Assembly: GCA_049512075.1 (NCBI GenBank)
Contig: JBEKXL010000033.1
Coordinates: 1-18,254 of the forward strand
Direction: 5' to 3'
Source: Candidatus Bathyarchaeia archaeon
Lineage (GTDB): Archaea; Thermoproteota; Bathyarchaeia; Bathyarchaeales; Bathycorpusculaceae
Length of the DNA stretch: 18,254 nucleotides
The notes under the pieces were generated by a model. The model had not been told where the DNA came from, searched no databases, and saw only the letters and a program-made list of their open reading frames with translations. Positions within the stretch are counted from its first letter, which is position 1. Each line of letters starts with the position of its first letter. A program made the translations under genes and the position numbers. Of the stretch, positions 1 to 7,119 are shown one piece after another.

Positions 1-212
1 GACATTCCCACGGAGGCCAGTTTGTGATACCCAAGCTCGGAACTCCTTTCCGCGGTGACGGTTTCAGGAAGTATCCCCTCGGAAAGTATCAGGTGGGGGA
101 AATGGTCCAGTACACCAACCGAGGCTTGGGCACAAACGCATTCTGGATACGCATCAACTGCGCGCCTGAGATTACGGTCATTGATCTGCAACCTGGAGAG
201 AAGAGAGCATGA
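1..212 (+). CDS. Metallophosphoesterase (YkuE/calcineurin-like), 3' part only; cut by window edge
   Basis: The frame from position 3 reads HSHGGQF (GH[ST]HGGQ motif), then YTNRGLGT...RINCAPEITVIDL, the typical C-terminus of this family. The stop overlaps the next ATG (ATGA). Confidence 0.85.
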   Translation, partial: HSHGGQFVIPKLGTPFRGDGFRKYPLGKYQVGEMVQYTNRGLGTNAFWIRINCAPEITVIDLQPGEKRA

Positions 213-2227
213 CAAAAGATAATTTCACACGTGCACTAGTTGTATGGTTTTTAACCTCATTAGGTATTTTCTTTACGGGCGTTCTGACTGGATTTTATGC
301 CCGCAATCTTGTCGTCGCGCTGATCGCGACCGCTGGGCTTGGGTTAATTAATGCACTGCTTTGGCCCCTATTATCGAGGTTAGCGGGCGCGCGCTCTGTG
401 ATAACGTTCGGCTTGATTGCGCTGCTATTGAACGGCATAATAATCTGGTTGCTGGCTTTCTTCACTTCGGAAATTGAGGCCTCTGGGTGGGGGTTACTTT
501 TCCTCCCCTTGAACATAGCGTTGATCAATACTGTGGTCTCGGGAATACTCGCCATCGACGATGACGCATCATTCTACCGTGCGGTTTTCAAGAAGATGAA
601 GGGGCGCGCAGAGAAGGCAGCGGAGAACAAGGACAAGCCAGGCTTCATCTTTCTGGAGATCGACGGGTTGGCTGAGACTATTCTCCGCAAAGCGATAGAG
701 AACGGGACGATGCCAACTCTGGCAGGGTGGGTCAGCAGTGGGACGCATAAGACAAGGGGATGGGAAACGGACTTTTCTTCCCAGACGGGCGCAAGCCAGG
801 CGGGCATATTGCACGGGAACAACAAAGACATCCCTGCCTTCCGATGGGTGGAAAAAGCGAAAGGCAACAAAGTCATATCGACCGTCGGCATGGGCGATGC
901 CCAGGCGATCGAGGCACGCATCTCGGATGGGAACGGTTTGCTTGCAACCAGTGGACGTGCTATAGCCAATCTCTATTCTGGTGACGCCAAAGACAACATC
1001 TTCGTCTTCAGCAAGCTCAGCAAGATAAGGCAGTTGTACAGTGAGTCGTGGAACACTTTTTACGCGGTCTCCTTCAATCTTGTCCACACGATCGCGTACA
1101 CTCTCTGGGAGATAGTGCTGGAGGCCCGGTCCAGATACAGGCAGTGGCGAAGGAATACCCTACCCAGACTGCGCCACCGCGGACTCGCATACTACTTCAC
1201 AAGGGTGGTGGCGGATGTCTTCCTGCGCGAGTTGAGCACTTACACGGTCATAGGCGACATTATCGCGGGTGACAAGGATGTCGTATATACTACGTTCATG
1301 GGGTACGATGAGGTGGCGCATCACTGCGGCATTTCGGATGATGAGGCTTTCTACGTTTTAAGAAAACTGGACAGGTGTATAAAGAGGATAGAGGCGGCAA
1401 AGGCATACGCCCAACGCCCGTACTACCTCTGCGTCCTTTCAGACCACGGTCAGACCAACGGCGCCACGTTCAAGCAACGTTATGGTCACACGCTTGCAGA
1501 TCTTGTACAGAAGCTTCTGCCTGAGGGACATAGGACGTACTTCGAGCTTGACTCCAACCAGGACCACTTCGGACAGATGGTGACGGTGCCTTTGCGGAAC
1601 GTAAGAAATAGAGTGACTCGAAAGTCGAAGAAAAAGGAGGACAAAAAGATTGATGCAATCGTGCTGGCTTCGGGAAACGTGGGTCTGATATACTTCACAC
1701 AATGGGCGGATCGGATAAGTTTGGAGGATATCAATAAGACCTATCCAGAGATGGTGAAGGGTTTGTCGCAGCATGAGGGCGTGAGTTTTGCCATGATCCG
1801 CTCGAAAGAGCGGGGGCCGGTCGTCATAGGGGCGAAGGGCAAATATTACCTCGCGGACGATAAGGTCGAGGGTGAGAACCCGCTGGCCAAATTCGGGAAG
1901 CGGGCTGCTGCGCACCTGCGCAGGTTGGACAGCTTCAACTGTGTCCCTGATATCCTTCTCGTAAGCATGTACGACACGGAGAAAGATGAGGTGGCAGCAT
2001 TTGAGGAGCTCATTGGTAGCCACGGTGGCTTGGGTGGCACCCAGTCGAAGCCCTTCATATTGCATCCTTCTGAATGGGACCTTGGGAAGGAGGAGATCGT
2101 CGGCGCCGAGAACGTTTGTCGGCTATTTAAGAGGGAGATGGCGAATGTTTCGACGAAGTCGGGCGGAACCAAACGGAATGATAACAATGGAACAGTGCAC
2201 GTGGATAAGAAGACGCACGCGATTTGA
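209..2227 (+). CDS. Phage-holin-family (4-TM) domain fused to an alkaline phosphatase/type I phosphodiesterase-superfamily domain
   Basis: 672 aa. About 4 N-terminal hydrophobic helices (GLINALLWP, TFGL..LLLNG), then alkaline phosphatase superfamily motifs LEIDGL, SQTGASQ, YDEVAHH, LSDHGQ, GSHGGLGG. Confidence 0.85.
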   Translation: MTKDNFTRALVVWFLTSLGIFFTGVLTGFYARNLVVALIATAGLGLINALLWPLLSRLAGARSVITFGLIALLLNGIIIWLLAFFTSEIEASGWGLLFLPLNIALINTVVSGILAIDDDASFYRAVFKKMKGRAEKAAENKDKPGFIFLEIDGLAETILRKAIENGTMPTLAGWVSSGTHKTRGWETDFSSQTGASQAGILHGNNKDIPAFRWVEKAKGNKVISTVGMGDAQAIEARISDGNGLLATSGRAIANLYSGDAKDNIFVFSKLSKIRQLYSESWNTFYAVSFNLVHTIAYTLWEIVLEARSRYRQWRRNTLPRLRHRGLAYYFTRVVADVFLRELSTYTVIGDIIAGDKDVVYTTFMGYDEVAHHCGISDDEAFYVLRKLDRCIKRIEAAKAYAQRPYYLCVLSDHGQTNGATFKQRYGHTLADLVQKLLPEGHRTYFELDSNQDHFGQMVTVPLRNVRNRVTRKSKKKEDKKIDAIVLASGNVGLIYFTQWADRISLEDINKTYPEMVKGLSQHEGVSFAMIRSKERGPVVIGAKGKYYLADDKVEGENPLAKFGKRAAAHLRRLDSFNCVPDILLVSMYDTEKDEVAAFEELIGSHGGLGGTQSKPFILHPSEWDLGKEEIVGAENVCRLFKREMANVSTKSGGTKRNDNNGTVHVDKKTHAI

Positions 2228-2359
2228 CAAAATCGACATCCCTCATATTTATGACTTCGTAGGACCAAATTTGGCTCGCGTTAAAACGAATAAGGCCGAT
2301 GTTAAGTCAGCGCGAAAGCTTTTTTAAGCAAAACCAACCACCCTTCCAATGGTATATAC

Positions 2360-2518
2360 ATGTCAACTTTTGATAAAGCCAAGAAAAAAGTTAAGGAAGC
2401 AGCTGAAAAGACAGAGGAAGAAGCCAAGGAAGCTGGAGGAAAAATAAAAAGGGCCGGCAAGAAAGGCGTTGAAAAAACCAGAAAAGTTGGCCATGAAACG
2501 AAAGAAAAACTGAAATGA
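2360..2518 (+). CDS. Small Lys/Glu-rich hydrophilic protein (LEA/CsbD/YtxH-like), 52 aa, not in ORF track
   Basis: ATG at 2360 to TGA at 2518 encodes MSTFDKAKKKVKEAAEKTEEEAKEAGGKIKRAGKKGVEKTRKVGHETKEKLK. TATA-like TTTTAA near 2323; T-run directly after the stop. Confidence 0.75.
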   Translation: MSTFDKAKKKVKEAAEKTEEEAKEAGGKIKRAGKKGVEKTRKVGHETKEKLK

Positions 2519-2646
2519 CTTTTCGCCTATTCTGCCCATCTCATCGCGTGTTTATCTTGCCATAGATTAATTGATCTCTGCTTTGCATGTCCCGCGCGCG
2601 CTGAGTGCAGAGCTGTATGTAATGAAATAGCCAATGGTGAAAAATT

Positions 2647-2997
2647 ATGACAAAAATAACTTTTATTGGAGCTGTTAGTGACCAAGAGAAGGCAGGTGGA
2701 GTTGTTACTATAACAGTGACTCTTCCTAGTGGAGATACAATGCATGTTGCAGCTGCAACTTTAGAAGACAAGACCTATTCTGTTGTTCAAGAATTCATTG
2801 CTGAAGGAGATTACAGTGCAGTTGCAAATGTCGAAGCTGATCTTACCGGGAGTGATGTGGTTTACTTCACAGTGACAAAGGCACTGACAGAAAGGACAGT
2901 GACTCTAAATGTACGAAGGACAGTAAGAAACAGGAAGGGAAGGCGAAAAACAGAAAGAAGGACAAGAAAGCCATTAGCGCGAGCCAAGAGAGTGTAG
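2647..2997 (+). CDS. Hypothetical protein, beta-rich (Ig-like?) domain with Arg/Lys-rich tail
   Basis: 116-aa ORF preceded by a GGTGA RBS (2636-2640); alternating T/V beta-strand pattern. Confidence 0.6.
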   Translation: MTKITFIGAVSDQEKAGGVVTITVTLPSGDTMHVAAATLEDKTYSVVQEFIAEGDYSAVANVEADLTGSDVVYFTVTKALTERTVTLNVRRTVRNRKGRRKTERRTRKPLARAKRV

Positions 2998-3405
2998 GGT
3001 AGGAGTATTGGGGTTTAGGTTAGTGTTTAGCGTGCGCTAACGAGGAAAAGACGTTAAGCAACATTGTTTTGTAACAATTTCGCGCGCGCAGATGCTTTAA
3101 GCTTTTTTGTTTTAGGTGCTAAGCGCATGCGAGCTTTGGCAAAAGAAGATTGTGAAACTAGAGTAAATTAGACTGAAGATTTAGTTTAGCGCGAGCGCCA
3201 TGGGCAAGATAAGTTTACAGTATTCTATCCGTCAGTGTTTAAGCAATCTACTTGGTCGCAGATTGGAGAATAGCAGAGTTTAAAATTAGCATGTTAAACG
3301 CGCTGCCAAGTATGATAATAGTTGGAACCAAGATGTCGACGAACCAATCCGGTGGTCCCATCTGCCCCACAACCCCGAATAAGCCATGAAACTTAGTGCG
3401 CGGGC
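2974..3405. repeat. Cluster of TTAGCGCGCGC-type motifs
   Basis: TTAGCGCGAGC 2974, TTAGCGTGCGCTAA 3027, CGCGCGCGC 3081, GCGCATGCG 3123, TTAGCGCGAGCGC 3186, ACGCGCT 3298, TTAGTGCGCG 3393. Confidence 0.75.
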
Positions 3406-3485
3406 GGCAGATTCTTTCTTTTGAAACTGATTTCAGATAAATCTTTTATATTGGTTACATTCATCTGAAGGGGCAAGGTGAAAAC

Positions 3486-3851
3486 ATGGGAAGTTTATGG
3501 CTGGGAGCTTTCGTTGGTTTTCTCATAACACTGGTTCTTGGCTGGCTGTTTCCAGGAGTTGGACACCTGATAGGCGGGTTCATTGGTGGGTTAGTGGCAG
3601 GGCTCATAGCTCGAGGGATAGGAAAAGGAGCGTTAGCCGGTTTCCTCGCGGGAATATTCGGCGGGATCATCATCGCAGTACTAGTAGCAGTAGGTTTTAC
3701 GGTGGCAGGTGGAGTATCGGGCGGGGTGCAAGGCGGAGTTTTTGGGTTCCTGTCAGGACTAGCCCTTGGAATCGCAGTGATTATCGTGGCTGCCTTCGGC
3801 GCAATCGCCTCAACGATAGGCGGACTCATAGGCGGACTGCTAGCAAGATAG
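3486..3851 (+). CDS. Gly-rich membrane protein (DUF5518-like)
   Basis: 121 aa with GxxxG-rich hydrophobic helices; AGGTGA RBS; TTTTATA box near 3445. Confidence 0.8.
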   Translation: MGSLWLGAFVGFLITLVLGWLFPGVGHLIGGFIGGLVAGLIARGIGKGALAGFLAGIFGGIIIAVLVAVGFTVAGGVSGGVQGGVFGFLSGLALGIAVIIVAAFGAIASTIGGLIGGLLAR

Positions 3852-4003
3852 AAAACCCCTGTTTTGTCTGCTCGGAAGAGCAGCTCACGGCGAAGATAGA
3901 AAGCGCGCGCCAACCTTGTCTATAGGTATATTTTTCGCGCCTACGGAATGGACAACAAAAAAGGGCAAAGAGAAAACCAGCATTAAGAATGAAGACTGAA
4001 AGT

Positions 4004-4426
4004 ATGAAAAATGAAGACTGCAAATTCAAAGTATTGTTTGTATGTACTGGTAATGCATATCGTAGTCCAATATGTGAAGCACTTCTCAAAAAGCTTAGAC
4101 CAGATTTGGAAGTTGATTCTGCAGGGACGAAAATTGCACGTAAAATCACAAGAGAAGCAAGAGAATACTTGATGTCAGAAGATGCTATACAGTATCTTAA
4201 GCAGACACCTGAAAGCATTGACCGCAAACAATTGGAGCAGTATGATATTATTATTGCTATGGAACAGAGACACAGCGACTCAGTCTTAAAGAAATGTCCT
4301 GAATGCAAAAATAAAGTAGTTGTTTGGAATGTTCGGGATAAGATTCCCTTTTTGCATAGACGGACCGAGAAGATTAACAATCAGATGAAAAAGAATGTCA
4401 CCGAATATGCAGGGTCATTAGCATAA
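4004..4426 (+). CDS. Low-molecular-weight protein-tyrosine phosphatase / arsenate reductase family protein
   Basis: P-loop KVLFVCTGNAYRSP (CX5R), VDSAGT, YDIIIAME. In-frame ATGs at 3989 and 4004; 4004 preferred. Confidence 0.85.
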   Translation: MKNEDCKFKVLFVCTGNAYRSPICEALLKKLRPDLEVDSAGTKIARKITREAREYLMSEDAIQYLKQTPESIDRKQLEQYDIIIAMEQRHSDSVLKKCPECKNKVVVWNVRDKIPFLHRRTEKINNQMKKNVTEYAGSLA

Positions 4427-4431
4427 GACTT

Positions 4432-4504
4432 GCGCGCGCTAAGCGGTATCCATTGCAGGGCGCGTTGAGGTTAGAGTCAAGGTGCGCTTGCTATCTTTAG
4501 CGCG
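4432..4504. repeat. Cluster of GCGCGC motifs
   Basis: GCGCGCGCTAA 4432, GGCGCGTTGA 4459, GTGCGCT 4482, TTAGCGCG 4497. Confidence 0.7.
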
Positions 4505-4891
4505 TCACGTTCTTTCCCCATCGGGCTTGCATCTTCGGGCCATAAATCTTCGCAGGAACAGGTGTATGCTTCAATTGCTCCAGACGTGCCGTAACAATCG
4601 AGTGAAGTCGATTGCGAAGATCTTCGCCTCTCAAATTGGTTGCTCGTAACTCATCCCTGACTTGTTTTGCCCACTCTTCATCTTTCAGGACTTCGGTTAT
4701 CCAGTTTCAAAGTCCCCTCGCCGAAGGTGAAACGCCAAGGATTTTACATCTACAGCCTCGACATTCTCGGCAAACTCTTTCAGCGAAGCAGCACTCTTAC
4801 CAGTGTAGTTTCCAATGTCGTTGTAGAAATAGAACGCCTTCTCTCTTTGAACCGGTTTAAGGACTACCTCATTCTCCGGCATAACTTTCAC
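4497..4891 (-). pseudogene. DUF5752-like protein, frameshifted
   Basis: AFYFY...A.SLKEF...VDVKSLAFHLRRGDFE stops at 4697. Restoring one base at the T-run 4705-4707 continues the frame as NWITEVLKDEEWAKQV...LRNRLHSIV...TR* to a stop at 4497-4499. Confidence 0.7.
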
Positions 4892-5144
4892 TTCGAAATA
4901 ACCATAGCGCGCGCTCTAATAAAAACTTGTCACTGTACCACGACAGCGTCTTGCCGTAGGGTTGTCGCGCGCGCGAGATGTCAAGAAGACTTCTCCACAT
5001 TACTCTGTCAATAGAACACTACTAGACAATGTGTTCTTATTGCTTGTGGAATAGCACCTGATTCAACCGTGCGCGCTTAAACACTGACGGATAGAAATCC
5101 ATAAATACAAGTTTTCACAAACCGAAATTAAGAATGAAAGAGGT

Positions 5145-5336
5145 ATGAAATTGGCAGGAGAACGTTTTGAAATATTCAATGATGCGGCAGGAAAATTCAG
5201 GTTCAGACTTAGAGCTCAAAATGGTGAAATCATAGCGGAAAGTGGAGCTTACGGATCAAAAGAGAGTTGTCAAAAAGGGATAGCATCAGTCAAGGAAAAT
5301 GCATCCAAAGCAGAAATAAAAGACTATACAACCTAG
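5145..5336 (+). CDS. YegP/DUF1508 family protein
   Basis: FEIFNDAAGKFRFRLRAQNGEIIAESGAYGSKESCQKGIASVK signature; TATA-like ATAAATA at 5101; the start may be TTG at 5151. Confidence 0.9.
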   Translation: MKLAGERFEIFNDAAGKFRFRLRAQNGEIIAESGAYGSKESCQKGIASVKENASKAEIKDYTT

Positions 5337-5381
5337 AAACCCACACTTTCTCTTTTTTCGAACTTCTGCATCTACATGAGC

Positions 5382-5570
5382 TAGCGCGCATGCTTGTTCC
5401 GAAATTGGCCTAAAATGGTTTTTATTCGTCCTTCATGATCTAGGGACGGCTTTGGGCTGCGTGTCTGTTCTTGATTTCTTTGGGGATTTTGTCTTCCTCG
5501 AACACAGGAGAAACGGGCAAACCGGAATTAAAACCATTTTTAACCATTTTAGGAACACGCATGCGCGCTA
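5382..5570. mobile_element. MITE-like non-autonomous element, 189 bp, 46-bp imperfect terminal inverted repeats starting TAGCGCGCATGC
   Basis: 5382-5427 and the reverse complement of 5525-5570 match at 39/46, with the first 12 nt identical. Repeated AAAATGGTT subterminal motifs; the outermost TA on each side may be a target duplication. Confidence 0.7.
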
Positions 5571-5672
5571 AAGCGGTTTATAAGGCAGTGATTAAAGAAG
5601 AACGAAGATGTGGAGAAACTTTGTGTCATGTTTATTCTACCTATTTAGCAGAAAAGTGGCAGATGAGAGATT

Positions 5673-5870
5673 ATGAAGAAGAGTAAGAAATTGCATATTG
5701 TTTCTGGTTTAGTCATTTTGATTGGTATTTTGGTTATTGTAGATGGTATAGGAAGTATTTTGTTACCTGGAAATAACCATGACTTTATTTATGATTTTGA
5801 ACGTATAATTAGGGTTGTAGCAGGATTCTTGATTGTTATACTAGGTATTTATCTTGAAGTTAAAGAGTGA
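5673..5870 (+). CDS. Small 2-TM membrane protein, AT-rich
   Basis: 65 aa; basic N-terminus and two hydrophobic stretches. Confidence 0.7.
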   Translation: MKKSKKLHIVSGLVILIGILVIVDGIGSILLPGNNHDFIYDFERIIRVVAGFLIVILGIYLEVKE

Positions 5871-6090
5871 TTCAAAGTATATTTTGGGTGAAGAAGTGAA
5901 TAAAATAAAGAATAGTACGCGCTATTTCATAGAAATGTTCTAGCCCAGAACCTTCAAGTCTGCCTTGTCATAGATCCGAGCAAAGCCGCTTGAAAAAATC
6001 GATCGATTAGCAGAAAGAGCTCCCGTCCTTATCCGAGATTTACAACATTTTTACATCATCTTCTCTAGTTATCTAGTAGGGAATTTGAAG

Positions 6091-6140
6091 ATGGTCAATT
6101 GTCCAGAATGTGGGAAACCATTGAAAAAAACCGCGCGCGC
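6091..6140 (+). pseudogene. 5' fragment of a small zinc-ribbon protein gene
   Basis: ATG at 6091 gives MVNCPECGKPLKK (CPxCG), then runs into GCGCGCGC at 6133-6140; no second CxxC before the stop at 6186. Confidence 0.5.
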
Positions 6141-6311
6141 TATTTGCACAGGGAAAGAGCTTTCTCCACATTCCGCAGACGCATAGGATTCGGAGAAAGA
6201 ATAGACACAGAAAAAGCATCAGCAAACATGGCAGAAGGCATCCTTGAAATAAAACTTCCCAAGCTCGAGCCCAAGCCTGAAAAGAAAACCAAAAAGCTAA
6301 CACCTCAATAA
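6141..6311 (+). pseudogene. 3' fragment of Hsp20/alpha-crystallin small heat-shock protein
   Basis: YLHRERAFSTFRRRI...IDTEKASANMAEGILEIKLPK is the C-terminal half of the alpha-crystallin domain. The N-terminal half is absent, and the resemblance starts right after GCGCGCGC. Confidence 0.8.
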
Positions 6312-6492
6312 ACCCCTTTTTTCCCATCTAGCCAGTTAACTGGACCGTTCAAATAAGCACACTTACCTTCTACATTATGACCCAGTGCGCGTCATTTCGT
6401 GCGCTCAAAAGACCGCTAGGACACGGAAGAATTAGCTATAAATAACCCTTTGTCGTTGTATGTAGAAAGCATATCAGAGGGATTCGACTGAA

Positions 6493-6690
6493 ATGAGCGA
6501 AGAAAGCGGTTTCGGACTGAATTTGGCTGAAAAGTTCTTCGGCCTTATCATTCTCCTGACGGGCATCCTTGCCCTTTATTACACCGTGTCGAGTTCTCAA
6601 GTCCTTCTGGCGTACACGGGGCTTTTCAGTTTTCTGAGCATCATCCTGATAGTTCTAGGTCTCGTTTTGCTGATTGTTAAGGTAGAATAG
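6493..6690 (+). CDS. Small 2-TM membrane protein
   Basis: 65 aa with two hydrophobic helices; TATAAATA box near 6437; GAGG RBS. Confidence 0.75.
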   Translation: MSEESGFGLNLAEKFFGLIILLTGILALYYTVSSSQVLLAYTGLFSFLSIILIVLGLVLLIVKVE

Positions 6691-6691
6691 G

Positions 6692-7009
6692 TTATTCTCT
6701 TCTTTCAACGACTATCCTACATTTTGCGGCTAGAGTAGCTATCGCGCCCAATGCGGCAAGCCAGGGAACAAGGAGCACTCCAATGACTCCTACAGTGGCA
6801 GGGATCTCAAGCATGACTTTCCCTTTTTCATCCTTGACGATAATTCTTGTCACGTTGCCTTCATGAAGCAGCTGCTTAACCTTCTCGATAAGGCCATCAG
6901 AGGAAACTGTGAATTCCTCTCTCGTGACCTTGGCACTTGTTGCACCGCAAACAGAGCAGAATCTGTCTTCGTCGTTCAGTTTTGCTCCGCATTTCCAACA
7001 ATAGGGCAA
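6692..7009 (-). CDS. Zinc-ribbon + DUF4342 domain protein
   Basis: CWKCG...FCSVCG, then EEFTV...LIEKVKQLLHEGNVTRIIVK...LEIPATVG. Confidence 0.85.
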   Translation of the reverse strand: MPYCWKCGAKLNDEDRFCSVCGATSAKVTREEFTVSSDGLIEKVKQLLHEGNVTRIIVKDEKGKVMLEIPATVGVIGVLLVPWLAALGAIATLAAKCRIVVERRE

Positions 7010-7119
7010 ACCGACTCATCTTCTGAATAAGTGTTTATTAGGGCAATTGCTTATTAGTTTTCAAACGTTTCAGTGAATTAGCAACTTGTCTGATGCCTAG
7101 CGACTGAGGGAAAAATTGG

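Noticed and set aside
209-560. Prophage, suggested by the holin-family domain
   Set aside because: This holin-phosphodiesterase fusion occurs as a cellular gene; no viral genes are adjacent.
3312-3389. 25-aa ORF MIIVGTKMSTNQSGGPICPTTPNKP as a peptide precursor
   Set aside because: No clear RBS and no modifying enzymes nearby; an ORF this short is expected by chance.
2974-3405. CRISPR array
   Set aside because: Repeats are only 8-14 nt, variable and irregularly spaced; no cas genes in the window.
5471-5686. 71-aa ORF
   Set aside because: Starts inside the MITE-like element and crosses its inverted repeat; no protein-like features.
6099-6311. Intact 70-aa Hsp20
   Set aside because: Lacks the first half of the alpha-crystallin domain; its N-terminus is an alternative frame of the zinc-ribbon fragment.
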